Source: a plasmid. Taken from it: a stretch of 64,000 nucleotides of DNA. Made by a program: the position numbers and the translations under genes. Position 1 is the stretch's first letter; each line of letters opens with the position of its first letter. The notes beneath the pieces were generated by a model. It did not search any database. It saw only the letters and a program-made list of their open reading frames with translations, and had not been told where the DNA came from. Location of the stretch: the sequence record NZ_CP096760.1; one strand, given 5' to 3'. This document shows positions 1-10,701 of the stretch, piece after piece.

Positions 1-1
1 G

Positions 2-586
2 AAAGTTACAGAGCCTGAGAAGTTAAAAACTGAGAATGTAACTGAAAAACAAGTACCTAAATCTACACAGCAACGTGTAACGCACTACAACTCTAAGAAG
101 TCGGAAGTTTTACTAGACCGTCTAGGCGGTAGTGCAGACATGATTCTTCTTGAAGCGAGTGATATTGATTTACCAAATGACAAGCTTAAAGAAAAACAAG
201 AAAACCTGTTACGTATCCTGAACAACCAACCGACGGTAATTGGTACACGAGGTAATGTTGAGACAGTTCAAAAGAAAGTAGCTGAGAAGGTCATTATCTT
301 GTTCACCTATTTCAAGAACGGTGGAAACTTAAATAAGGTCATGAGAATCGCATTTGAGACGATTATTACAGATGGTTATATTACAACTGGTAAAGGTGGC
401 AATCTATATAACAACCTGTTGAATGCACATTACTCAGAAGGTACAGCGCGAGCGCAGGCGGGACAGATGCTCCAAATGTTCCCCCTATTGAAAATTGCAA
501 CAAAAGAAGGAAATAAGCTAATTCCAAATGAGCAGTCGCTAATTTTAGCCAAGATGAAAGCTGATCTCTTTCCAAGTGAAAAGTAA
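2..586 (+). CDS. hypothetical protein, 5'-partial (frame open to window start)
   Basis: Frame of listed ORF 140-586 stays open back to nt 2; no recognisable motifs; followed by a hairpin terminator. Confidence 0.35.
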   Translation, partial: KVTEPEKLKTENVTEKQVPKSTQQRVTHYNSKKSEVLLDRLGGSADMILLEASDIDLPNDKLKEKQENLLRILNNQPTVIGTRGNVETVQKKVAEKVIILFTYFKNGGNLNKVMRIAFETIITDGYITTGKGGNLYNNLLNAHYSEGTARAQAGQMLQMFPLLKIATKEGNKLIPNEQSLILAKMKADLFPSEK

Positions 587-603
587 TAGAAAAAAGCGGT
601 AAA

Positions 604-632
604 AAGGGAGTGTCAAACTCCCTTTATTTTTG
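604..632 (+). terminator. rho-independent terminator
   Basis: AGGGAGT-gtcaaa-ACTCCCT stem followed by TTTATTTTTG. Confidence 0.6.
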
Positions 633-770
633 CCTATGTCAAAAACACTATTTTCCTGCTTCTAATTTGCGCGCTAATTACGTTAAAAAAATTTTTATAA
701 AGAAACACTCACGCTGAAAATAAAATTAAATCTAGCGCTTTACAACGCAAAATAGCACTTCTTATATATA

Positions 771-796
771 AGCGCTTACTTATAAATATTGTTATA
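771..796. repeat. outlying copy of prophage palindromic motif (TATATAAGCGCTTACTTATAAATATT)
   Basis: Shares the AAGCGCTTACTTATAA core with the copy at 47049-47076. Confidence 0.5.
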
Positions 797-893
797 CTCT
801 TTTAAAAATATAAAACAGTAGATAGAATCCATATTATTAGTTATCGCTTACTATATATTTCCAGATAATTACATTTACTATTCACTCAACACT

Positions 894-1922
894 GGCTTTG
901 TTGCACAAACCTAGCCTATAAGGTTTATTCAGTCCTATATTTCAAAATGAATAAACCTACTCCTAAAACTTATCGTACAACCAACTGGTCTTCCTATAAT
1001 CGCGCTCTCATTAATCGGGGTAACATTTCCATTTGGTTTGATCCAAACACTCAGTGGTATGCACAACCACAAGACAAGCAAGGTCGAAATCAAACTTACT
1101 CCGATAAGGCTATTCAATGCTGTTTAATGATCAAATCTTTATTTAGACTCTCTTTACGCATGGTCACAGGTTTTGTTCAAAGTCTGATTAAACTTTGTGG
1201 ATTAAATTGGACCGCACCAGATTACAGTACGCTTTGTCGAAGACAAAAACATATTAATATTGCGATTAGCTATCAAAAAAGTAGTGATGGGCTACATCTA
1301 CTCGTCGACTCAACTGGCTTAAAGTTTCTAGGTGAAGGCGAGTGGAAACGTAAGAAACATGAACCTGAATATCGTTGCCAATGGCGTAAGCTTCATATTG
1401 GCATCGATGCTGAAACCTTGCAAATACGTGCAGTACAGCTTACTATAAATAATGTGAGCGATTCGCAAGTACTCGGTGATTTACTTGATCAAATCCCGTT
1501 GAATGAGCAGATTGATTCGGTCTATACCGATGGTGCTTATGACACGAAGCACTGCAGACAAGTCATTCTAGATCGAGATGCACATGCGGTCATTCCGCCA
1601 AGAAAAAATGCAAAACCATGGAAAGATCAGAAATTGAGATCTTTAGAGCGGAATGAGTTACTGAAAACAGTTAAACGTTTAGGAAGAACGCTTTGGAAAA
1701 AATGGGCAGGCTATCATCGTCGAAGTTTAGTTGAAACCAAGATGCATTGCATCAAACTATTGGGGGATAAACTCAGTGCGAGAAACTTTCAGAGCCAAGT
1801 GAATGAGATTCATGCTCGTGTGGCAGTATTAAATAAATTTACAGAATTAGGTCGTCCTCATACCCAAGTTGTCACTTGAATTCTGTTCAAATGAGCAGAG
1901 TGTTGTCTTTTAAATCTTTGTG
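894..1922 (+). mobile_element. IS5-family (IS903-group-like) insertion sequence, copy 1, intact
   Basis: 17-bp terminal inverted repeats GGCTTTGTTGCACAAAG at 894-910 and as reverse complement at 1906-1922. Single 310-aa DDE transposase inside. 9-bp flanks (ctcaacact / gctaacgac) do not match, so no TSD. Confidence 0.8.
947..1879 (+). CDS. IS5-family DDE transposase
   Basis: 310-aa ORF between the IRs; about 80% identical to the frameshifted copy at 13965-14905. Confidence 0.85.
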   Translation: MNKPTPKTYRTTNWSSYNRALINRGNISIWFDPNTQWYAQPQDKQGRNQTYSDKAIQCCLMIKSLFRLSLRMVTGFVQSLIKLCGLNWTAPDYSTLCRRQKHINIAISYQKSSDGLHLLVDSTGLKFLGEGEWKRKKHEPEYRCQWRKLHIGIDAETLQIRAVQLTINNVSDSQVLGDLLDQIPLNEQIDSVYTDGAYDTKHCRQVILDRDAHAVIPPRKNAKPWKDQKLRSLERNELLKTVKRLGRTLWKKWAGYHRRSLVETKMHCIKLLGDKLSARNFQSQVNEIHARVAVLNKFTELGRPHTQVVT

Positions 1923-2277
1923 CAACAAAGCCGCTAACGACTAAAGTTTCACCGGCTTTAGGCTGACCAATGTCTAACAACCCCATATAAGCAGTAAATC
2001 CTGGCATTCCCAAAATATCCAATGCCCAAGATGGATGTTCAGGTTGCATACCTAAGCTTTGACATACAGTCCCATTAGAAATTGCGTAGCCCTGCCAGCC
2101 ATTTCCTGAAAGAACCCACTCGCCTTCTTTGAATTTTGGGTTTTTAGAGGCCACTACTTGACTGACTCTTCCACCGACCATCACTTCGCCAATTTCAACC
2201 GGTGCTGCATATGAGGGAGCATCACTCATGCGACCACACATATAAGGATCGAGTGACAAGTAAATGGTCTTTAACAA
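1923..2277 (-). pseudogene. N-terminal fragment (about 118 aa) of an MDR-superfamily NADP-dependent oxidoreductase, truncated at the IS boundary
   Basis: Native reading frame (..GQPKAGETLVVSG) runs directly into the IS right end at 1922; C-terminal two-thirds absent. Confidence 0.6.
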
Positions 2278-2493
2278 TATCTCGCCTTATTTAAGTTCAT
2301 TGAGTTCAACTTGCTCAATACGAAAATCGCTGTGTTTTGGCTCACCGAGTGGCCGTTTAGCTAAAACGATGCGTTGGTTAATAACTGTTTCCACTCGCAT
2401 AACTCCATGTTTTGTATAAAAGTATTTCTATTGATAATTGAGACTGTTGATTAAAACGTCTTTACATCAATTGTAGATGAGTTATAATAAAAA

Positions 2494-2513
2494 AAATACG
2501 ACTGGTCTATTTT
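2494..2513. promoter_or_regulatory. putative operator AAATAGACCAGTCGTATTT (site 1) upstream of the TetR gene
   Basis: Near-identical to the 6934-6950 site (ATAGAC-cagtc-GTCTAT palindrome); lies in the divergent intergenic region. Confidence 0.45.
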
Positions 2514-2536
2514 TTACAATAGAGTAAATAATTAAT

Positions 2537-3145
2537 ATGAAGCCTAATCCTATTAAAAAGTCTGAAGCGAAGCGCTTACACATTCTTAACACTAGTTCAG
2601 ACCTGATTTTGCATAAAGGTTTTACCGGTGTAGGATTACAGGAAATTTTACAGAACTGTGAGATCCCCAAAGGCTCGTTTTATCATTACTTCCAATCCAA
2701 GGAAGCTTTCGGATGTGAATTGGTACAGCATTATGTAGACAATTACCAAGTCCGTTTAAATGATGTATGGCGTAGTGATAAATCCCCTTATCAAAAGCTA
2801 ATTGAGTATTTTAATTTATGGATAGAAGATCCTGTAACACAGTGTGGTTGGGCGGATAGCTGTTTAATTGTGAAACTTGCCGCAGAAGTTGCCGATCTAT
2901 CTGAAGATATGCGCTCGATTATGTCCGCTGGCGTCGATGATGTAATCGAACGTATTGCTGGTTTAATTGATTTGGGAAAACAGGATCAGTCTATCCAGGC
3001 AGATACTGAGGCCTCGACGTTGGCACAAGTACTTTACCAAATGTGGTTAGGTGCAGCATTACTGAGTAAATTGCAAAAAGATAAAACACCATTACATCAA
3101 GCTCTGAGAGCAACTAAATTTCTATTAAAAAGTGAAGATTCATAA
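2537..3145 (+). CDS. TetR/AcrR-family transcriptional regulator
   Basis: N-terminal TetR HTH (RLHILNTSSDLILHKGFTGVGLQEILQNCEIPKGSFYHYF); 202 aa. Confidence 0.8.
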   Translation: MKPNPIKKSEAKRLHILNTSSDLILHKGFTGVGLQEILQNCEIPKGSFYHYFQSKEAFGCELVQHYVDNYQVRLNDVWRSDKSPYQKLIEYFNLWIEDPVTQCGWADSCLIVKLAAEVADLSEDMRSIMSAGVDDVIERIAGLIDLGKQDQSIQADTEASTLAQVLYQMWLGAALLSKLQKDKTPLHQALRATKFLLKSEDS

Positions 3146-3249
3146 AAATTAGATTAAATATCAATTACATAATTAATGACAGCAGCCCAATGATTACTTA
3201 TTAATGTGTTGCTATTAGATCAATTTACAATCCATGAGTATAGCGCACA

Positions 3250-3480
3250 ATGAATTCTCCTTCTAAAGCCCTCATGTCTCGTATTTTAGTCGGATATTTA
3301 GGCTTATATCCCACACTATTACTGGTACTTACTTTATTAAAGCCAATTACTCAGCATCAAAGTTTCCCGATGATGGTGTTGATTGAAGTCATAGTATTAG
3401 TGCCAGTAACGCAACTGATTTCTTTCCCACTGGCAGGTTGGCTCATTACACAGCTAAAAAATTTTAAGAATTTGTTTTAA
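3250..3480 (+). CDS. small membrane protein (2 predicted TM helices)
   Basis: 76-aa hydrophobic ORF. Confidence 0.4.
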   Translation: MNSPSKALMSRILVGYLGLYPTLLLVLTLLKPITQHQSFPMMVLIEVIVLVPVTQLISFPLAGWLITQLKNFKNLF

Positions 3481-3563
3481 GAAGAATTTATGCTGGCAAC
3501 AGCAATCCTAAGTCCTTATTTTGCCAACCACAACGGTTGGCAAAATAACTCACTTAGTCAATA

Positions 3564-4691
3564 CTAATCTGCGTAAGCTGGATAATCAATATAGCCTTTT
3601 TCTGTCCCACCATACATAGTGCTTGCATCTACTGGATTCAATGGCCAGCCATTGGCGATGCGATCGGGTAAATCTGGATTCGCAATAAATGGGCGTCCAA
3701 ATGCAATTAAATCGGCCAGTCCTGCCTCTAAAATTCGAGTCCCTCTTTCTGCCGTATATCGACCTGCATAAATAATCCGACCACTGAAAGTGTCTCTGAC
3801 ATCTCTACGAAAATCATGAGGAAGTTCTGGTGCATTATCCCAATCAGCTTCTGCAATCGATAAATAGGCAATCCCAACTTCTTCAAGTATTTTTATGGCT
3901 TCAATATAAGTCACATGTGGATCATCTTCAACCAACCCTATGTAAACACGATCTTCCTCTGTACTTTCAAATAGCGGGGCAAAACGCACTCCTAAACGAT
4001 CTGCACCAACCACCTCAGCAACTGCCTCTACTACTTCACGTAAAAAACGCAAACGATTGTTTAGTGATCCACCATATTCATCTTCACGGTGGTTACTATG
4101 TGCAGAGATAAATTGATTCACCAAATAACCATTTGCACAATGAATTTCAACTCCATCAAAACCAGCAGCCAAGGCATTGCGTGCTGCTTGAGCATAGAGT
4201 TGCACTAATTCTTTAACTTCTGCATTGCTTAAAGCACGTGGCATTGAAGGATCAGCCAAGGTCCCAGCATTAGGCCCGGTCTCAATAAACACTTTAACAT
4301 TACTATCAGCCCTAATAGCCGAGGGTGCGACCGGTGATGCATGATTAGGTTGCAAAGATGTATGTGAAACACGCCCAACATGCCAAAGTTGTGCAAAAAT
4401 AATGCCTCCTTTAGCATGCACTGCTTCAGTCACTTTACGCCATCCAGCAATCTGTTCAGGGCTGTAAATACCGGGAGTCCAAGCATAGCCTTGACCACGT
4501 GGCTCGATTTGCGTACCTTCGGTGACCATAAATCCTGCCCCGGCACGCTGTTGATAATAGGTTGCCATCAGTTCATTTGGAATATTCCCTGGCTGAGTAC
4601 TGCGCGACCGCGTTAATGGTGGCAATACAATACGGTTTCGCAAAACATAAGGGCCTAAGCTTAAGTTTTGAAAAAGTATGCTGTCTTTCAT
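3564..4691 (-). CDS. NADH:flavin oxidoreductase, Old Yellow Enzyme family (NemA-like alkene reductase)
   Basis: 375 aa; OYE hallmarks (N-terminal LPPLTRSRS, HCANGYLVNQFIS active-site region). Confidence 0.85.
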   Translation of the reverse strand: MKDSILFQNLSLGPYVLRNRIVLPPLTRSRSTQPGNIPNELMATYYQQRAGAGFMVTEGTQIEPRGQGYAWTPGIYSPEQIAGWRKVTEAVHAKGGIIFAQLWHVGRVSHTSLQPNHASPVAPSAIRADSNVKVFIETGPNAGTLADPSMPRALSNAEVKELVQLYAQAARNALAAGFDGVEIHCANGYLVNQFISAHSNHREDEYGGSLNNRLRFLREVVEAVAEVVGADRLGVRFAPLFESTEEDRVYIGLVEDDPHVTYIEAIKILEEVGIAYLSIAEADWDNAPELPHDFRRDVRDTFSGRIIYAGRYTAERGTRILEAGLADLIAFGRPFIANPDLPDRIANGWPLNPVDASTMYGGTEKGYIDYPAYAD

Positions 4692-4891
4692 TTCATTGTA
4701 TCCAAGTAATCATGACTTAATTGATCTAAATTAAAAAATACCCTTCCTTCCTGTATATAGAAAAATAAAGGAAAGAAAGCTATTAACTCAGACCCTCCAC
4801 CATTAAGTGAGGGTTATTTTGCTTATTGCACCCGTTGCTCAGAGTCAGAAGTTATTCACTGCTAAGCACCACAACAGACGCTAGCTACTCT

Positions 4892-5569
4892 TTATTTCAA
4901 CAATTGAAGTAATGCTGTAGCAGTTGCAGCAGAAGAGGCTGGATTTTGTCCAGTAACCAGCAAGCCATCTACTTGAACATGTACTTGCCAATCATCTACT
5001 TTAGAATAATGACCACCATTTTCTTTAAGCATGTCTTCGACTAAAAATGGTACAATTTCAGTCAAGCCTACAGCAGCCTCCTCAGTATTGCTAAAACCAG
5101 TGACTAATTTACCGCTGACTAAAGGCGCTCCATTACTCGCTTTCACATGACGAAGAACACCTGGGGCATGACACACTGCTGCAACAGGTTTGCCAGACTG
5201 AATCGCCTGTTCAATCAGAGAAATTGAAATCGGATCTTCTGCTAAATCCCACAATGGACCATGCCCGCCTGGATAAAACACCGCATCATAATCAGCTACA
5301 GAAATTTCGCTAAGTTTATGCGTCTGTGCCAATGCTTGCATTGCAGTTGGATCAGCTTCAAAACGATGAGTGGCTTCAGTTTGCGCATCGGCTAAATTAC
5401 TTTTAGGATCTAGTGGTGGCTGCCCACCTTGAGGCGACGCCAGCGTAACTTCAGCACCAGAGTCAATAAAGATGTAATACGGTGCAGCAAGTTCTTCTAG
5501 CCAGAAACCTGTTTTCTTACCAGTATTGCCAAGTTGAACATGTGAGGTTAAAACGACTAAAATTTTCAT
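4892..5569 (-). CDS. DJ-1/PfpI family protein (class I glutamine amidotransferase-like, glyoxalase-III-like)
   Basis: MKILVVLTS..AAVCHAPGVL nucleophile-elbow cysteine; start chosen at the internal Met with a GGAGA RBS. Confidence 0.7.
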   Translation of the reverse strand: MKILVVLTSHVQLGNTGKKTGFWLEELAAPYYIFIDSGAEVTLASPQGGQPPLDPKSNLADAQTEATHRFEADPTAMQALAQTHKLSEISVADYDAVFYPGGHGPLWDLAEDPISISLIEQAIQSGKPVAAVCHAPGVLRHVKASNGAPLVSGKLVTGFSNTEEAAVGLTEIVPFLVEDMLKENGGHYSKVDDWQVHVQVDGLLVTGQNPASSAATATALLQLLK

Positions 5570-5653
5570 GTTATTTCTCCGATAATTTTCATGATTGAGG
5601 AGCATTGTTGCATGATCACTTGCTGTGTGGCGTGAGCATGCCAGATAGCTTAT

Positions 5654-6811
5654 TTAGATGCTCGTCGCAAGAATTTGGCGACTGATCTCTAATGAAACAT
5701 TTTTGTGTTCGCCTAGCCGTGTCAGATTGTGTGATTTAAGTTGCGTAATGATGATCTCAATATCTGTCTCCCCCAGTCCATAATCGCTAAGACGAGTCGG
5801 CAATCCAAGTTGCTCAAAGAAGGCTCGAGTACGAGCAATAGCCGTATCAATACGTTGTTCTTCATCACCTTCGACAATCTGCCAGACACGAGCTGCATAC
5901 TGTAGTAATTTTTCTCGCTTCTCTTGACGACGCACTTGTAGATTGGCCGGCAACACAATGGCCAAGGTACGAGCATGATCAATACCATGTAAAGCCGTGA
6001 GCTCATGTCCAATCAAATGGGTTGACCAATCTTGTGGTACACCAGCTCCAATCAGCCCATTCAGTGCCATGCTAGCAGACCACATCAAATTCGCACGCGT
6101 GTCATAATCTGCTGAATCTTCCAAGATTTTCGGTCCAATCTCAATCAGAGTTTGCAATAGACCTTCGGCAAAACGATCTTGTACTTGTGCATTCACAGGG
6201 TAAGTTAAGTACTGTTCAATGACATGAACAAATGCATCCACCACGCCATTAGCCAACTGGCGCGTCGGCAAGCTAAAGCTTTTATTCGGATCTAGTACGG
6301 AAAATTGCGGAAAAACATAGGGACTGCTAAATGACAATTTGGCTTGGGTCGATTTTCTGGTTACTACACCACCGCTATTCATTTCTGAACCAGTTGCCGG
6401 AAGGGTGAGTACACTCGCAAAAGGCAAAGCTTGAGTAATTTTAGTACCATGGGTTTCTAAAATCTCCCATGTATCCCCTGTATAATTGACTGCTGCTGCA
6501 ATAAATTTAGTACCATCAATTACCGATCCACCACCGACAGCCATCAAGAAATCAATCTTTTGTTCTCGAATCAGCTCTACAGCTTTCATGAGGGTTTCAT
6601 AACTCGGATTCGGCTCAATTCCGCCAAATTCATGAATTTCTCTTGCACCTAATGCTTCACGCACTTCAGCTAAAGTACCATTCTTACGTGCACTTTCACC
6701 ACCAAATAACATTAACACTTTTGCTTCTGTAGGCACATAGTCATTGATTTCAGCTATTGTATCGCCACCAAAAATAATGCGGGTCGGATTATAAAAGTTA
6801 AAATTCAGCAT
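5654..6811 (-). CDS. iron-containing alcohol dehydrogenase, YqhD-like NADPH-dependent aldehyde reductase
   Basis: 385 aa; Fe-ADH signature GGGSVIDGTKFIAAA and metal-binding His motifs. Confidence 0.85.
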   Translation of the reverse strand: MLNFNFYNPTRIIFGGDTIAEINDYVPTEAKVLMLFGGESARKNGTLAEVREALGAREIHEFGGIEPNPSYETLMKAVELIREQKIDFLMAVGGGSVIDGTKFIAAAVNYTGDTWEILETHGTKITQALPFASVLTLPATGSEMNSGGVVTRKSTQAKLSFSSPYVFPQFSVLDPNKSFSLPTRQLANGVVDAFVHVIEQYLTYPVNAQVQDRFAEGLLQTLIEIGPKILEDSADYDTRANLMWSASMALNGLIGAGVPQDWSTHLIGHELTALHGIDHARTLAIVLPANLQVRRQEKREKLLQYAARVWQIVEGDEEQRIDTAIARTRAFFEQLGLPTRLSDYGLGETDIEIIITQLKSHNLTRLGEHKNVSLEISRQILATSI

Positions 6812-6933
6812 ATTTTTATCCTAGGATGATCAGCTAATTGATTTGAAAAGCCACCGTTATTCATCAAATAAACTTTAAAAAATTGGACAATACTGTGGCT
6901 TTTGCCTACACCATGTGCTAACTATACATAAAA

Positions 6934-6950
6934 ATAGACCAGTCGTCTAT
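6934..6950. promoter_or_regulatory. putative operator ATAGACCAGTCGTCTAT (site 2), about 120 bp upstream of the Fe-ADH gene
   Basis: Perfect 6-5-6 palindrome; same 15-mer as the site at 2494-2513. Confidence 0.45.
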
Positions 6951-7041
6951 TTTTTTAAAAAAATTATTTCAGCTTGCCAACTTGAGTGATGCTTAAACAA
7001 ATTCAGGCTTGTTCTATACCACTTTTATTATTGATGTATTT

Positions 7042-7131
7042 TCACGAGCGATTGTTGGATGGAAGATATCAACACGTATGACTATTGACATGGTCGTGAA
7101 CGCATTGGCTGAAACAGTGAATGGCTCATAG
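7042..7131 (+). pseudogene. IS3-family transposase (orfB) remnant, about 30 codons
   Basis: Translation SRAIVGWKISTRMTIDMVVNALAETVNGS aligns to VVGYSLSERMTAQLVCNALNMAI of the intact IS3 orfB at 10702-11571. Confidence 0.55.
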
Positions 7132-7407
7132 AAAATAGCAATGATTAAATATTTTAAAAGCAGATTGGCAAGGTTTAGCAGATGTACAAATGCAGCGCTA
7201 AATTAGATAGATTGGTTCAATATAAGGCATGTGGATTCATTCGTTTATTTACCCTGTTTTGGATATTGACCCATGTAAACGATGAGATTAAGCCAATAAA
7301 TAAAGTAGCCCAACTTGAATAAAAAGCCTCTGACAAACATCATAGGGTTGAAGTGCTGCCTTACATTCAAAATTTCAGACAGCACCCTCATACATTTAAG
7401 CATAGGT

Positions 7408-7710
7408 TTAAGCTGGTAGTTTACTCGCCAAAACATCTACTTTTTCAATAGATGGTGGCTCTGAAAATAGCTCTTCGGCCTGAGCCATCAACGCAGCTGC
7501 AACCTTGCCAGATAAATGCGCTTGGCGACCCGCCTCATCAGGAAATGCATCAAAAATACCAAATGTTGTAGGACCAAGACGAAGGCCAAACCACGCAACT
7601 GTCGCAGGTTCTTCCATTACAATAGGTAAACCGGCTTTAAGAAAAGCTTCCACTTCGTCTTCTTTACCCGGTTTAGCTTCAAGACGGACATATAAAGCTG
7701 TTTTAAGCAT
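7408..7710 (-). CDS. antibiotic-biosynthesis-monooxygenase (ABM) domain protein
   Basis: 100-aa ABM/YgiN-like fold sequence. Confidence 0.65.
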   Translation of the reverse strand: MLKTALYVRLEAKPGKEDEVEAFLKAGLPIVMEEPATVAWFGLRLGPTTFGIFDAFPDEAGRQAHLSGKVAAALMAQAEELFSEPPSIEKVDVLASKLPA

Positions 7711-8033
7711 GACTAAAACTCCATAATTGATTAGAATTCAAACTGAATCTGACATTGCTAATGTATGCATGTCAGAAAGTTTTGTTGTATAAAAGTTAAA
7801 AAAATTTCCCATAGCTGAGCCAAAATTTAGATTTTTATTTCGACATAATGCTATGAATTTATTCAAGTTAATATCATTAACATTTGAATCAAAAATCAAG
7901 ATATGAGATGATTAAATTCAATCTTAGTTATATAAGGATCAATTGACTCTACCTTAGATTTATAAGCTGACCTCTTCATCTGGAGATTATATTGCTCAAG
8001 AAGCATTCAAGAACAACATGTATATCCTCATAT

Positions 8034-8873
8034 CTATGAAAGTTTTTTTGCTAGGAATTTGCTGTGAAACTCTATATGTTTCTCTATAAAGCTCGCAATG
8101 AAGTAATAGCTATGGTCATACCCTTCTCTTAGGTTAAGTGTAAGAGGATATTCTTGTTCCAAACAAATATCACTAAGCAGCTTAGGTCTTAACTGTTCTT
8201 CAAGAAAATCATCAGCTGTTCCCTGATCGACTAAAATAGGTAAATGAACTTCCGCGTTTTTGATTAATTCAATCGCATCATAGCTTTTCCATAAAGTTTC
8301 GTTTTCACCTAGGTAGTGTGTGAAAGCCTTTTTCCCCCAAGGTACTTGGCTAGGTGCAACAATTGGTGCAAAAGCAGAAATACTTTTATACAGCTCAGGG
8401 TTTTTTAACCCAATGACTAATGCACCATGACCACCCATGCTATGCCCCATAATGCTTTGGACTTGGTTGGTCGGAAAATTCAGGTCAATCAGATTTCTGA
8501 GCTCTTCCACAATATAATCATACATTTTGAAATGCTGTGACCAGGGTGCTTGTGTTGCATTCACATAGAATCCTGCACCTTGGCCTAAATCATAATCTGC
8601 ATGATCTGGTACATCTTCTCCACGTGGGCTGGTATCTGGTGCAACAATAATGACTTTATGTTCAGCCGCATACTTTTGTGCTCCGGCTTTAGTAATAAAG
8701 TTCTGTTCGTTGCAAGTCAGCCCTGATAACCAATATAAAACTGGCAACCGCTCATCTTTGTCATGAGGTGGCAGATATATTGAGAATTTCATTGAACAGT
8801 TTAATGCTGTTGACTGATGGCAATACACTTCTTGCGATCCACCAAAAGAAGCATGTTTCTCAATTATTTCCAT
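8034..8873 (-). CDS. fghA: S-formylglutathione hydrolase (esterase D)
   Basis: MEIIEKHASFGGSQEVY.. N-terminus typical of FrmB/FghA; GHSMGGHGAL serine-hydrolase motif. Confidence 0.85.
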   Translation of the reverse strand: MEIIEKHASFGGSQEVYCHQSTALNCSMKFSIYLPPHDKDERLPVLYWLSGLTCNEQNFITKAGAQKYAAEHKVIIVAPDTSPRGEDVPDHADYDLGQGAGFYVNATQAPWSQHFKMYDYIVEELRNLIDLNFPTNQVQSIMGHSMGGHGALVIGLKNPELYKSISAFAPIVAPSQVPWGKKAFTHYLGENETLWKSYDAIELIKNAEVHLPILVDQGTADDFLEEQLRPKLLSDICLEQEYPLTLNLREGYDHSYYFIASFIEKHIEFHSKFLAKKLS

Positions 8874-9101
8874 AATCAATTACCTATGTTGAGCAAGACT
8901 TCATGAGAAATCGAGTAAACAAAGAGTCTGTCATTCTCCACAGAGAATAGTGATTAAGATTTAAAATGTAGGCAGGTTTGTTGAACCTATACACGATGCC
9001 TACACAGATAGATGGGTTTTACAGATAATGTGCCGTTTTAGAGGATTCCATGCATGTCATTCATGATGCACATGCATGGAAAACTATAAGGTCTGACGGA
9101 A

Positions 9102-10235
<1,134 letters not shown>

Positions 10236-10511
10236 CTATTTTAAATATGATTTTAGAATCTTGGCGATTTCAGCCAATTCTTCTTTTCGTTGTTGTTCTG
10301 TGGTTTCACCTGATACTAAAGTGTCCTTTAAATGAACCTCTAACATCTCATTCATTAGACCATTAATAGCACCACGCACAGAGCATATTTGTTGCAGAAT
10401 CGCACCACATTCCACATTGTCTTCTAGCGCTTTTTCAATCGCTTGTGTCTGACCTTTGATCTTTCTGACGCGTAGAAGAATCTTTTTTTTGTCTTCAACC
10501 TGATTAGGCAT
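10236..10511 (-). CDS. frmR: formaldehyde-responsive repressor, CsoR/RcnR family
   Basis: 91 aa, CsoR/RcnR fold; first gene of frmR-frmA-fghA. Confidence 0.8.
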   Translation of the reverse strand: MPNQVEDKKKILLRVRKIKGQTQAIEKALEDNVECGAILQQICSVRGAINGLMNEMLEVHLKDTLVSGETTEQQRKEELAEIAKILKSYLK

Positions 10512-10536
10512 CAGACCTCCTTATTTGCTAGCATTG

Positions 10537-10559
10537 ATACTATAGTACCCCATAGTATA
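10537..10559. promoter_or_regulatory. putative FrmR operator ATACTATAG-TACCCC-ATAGTATA
   Basis: Inverted ATACTAT/ATAGTAT half-sites around a C-tract, 26-48 bp upstream of the frmR start; matches the CsoR/RcnR-family operator architecture. Confidence 0.5.
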
Positions 10560-10701
10560 AGAAAAGCAATATTTTTTATAAATCGAAAATCAAAAAGACC
10601 TTTAGCGAAAATTTTCTATCCCTGTTTTTAGTTTTTTTAAATTAACATCGTAGAGCTGATGATGTGTGCTGAAATAACAGAACACTTTCACTTAGGATAT
10701 T

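Noticed and set aside
381-575. Short antisense or overlapping ORFs inside well-supported genes in the left 15 kb (381-575, 935-1117, 3830-4111, 4229-4417, 4380-4616, 5722-6012, 7245-7436, 7505-7726, 9797-9982, 10142-10366, 11526-11798, 12930-13172, 13181-13414, 14547-14762, 14798-15127)
   Set aside because: Each is fully embedded in, or antisense to, a gene with clear family signatures. None has an RBS, and most have odd composition.
4790-4830. CCCTCCAC..GTGAGGG hairpin between the DJ-1 and OYE genes as a terminator
   Set aside because: The T-run is on the plus strand while both flanking genes are on the minus strand. It may be a bidirectional or structural element but is not convincingly a terminator for these genes.
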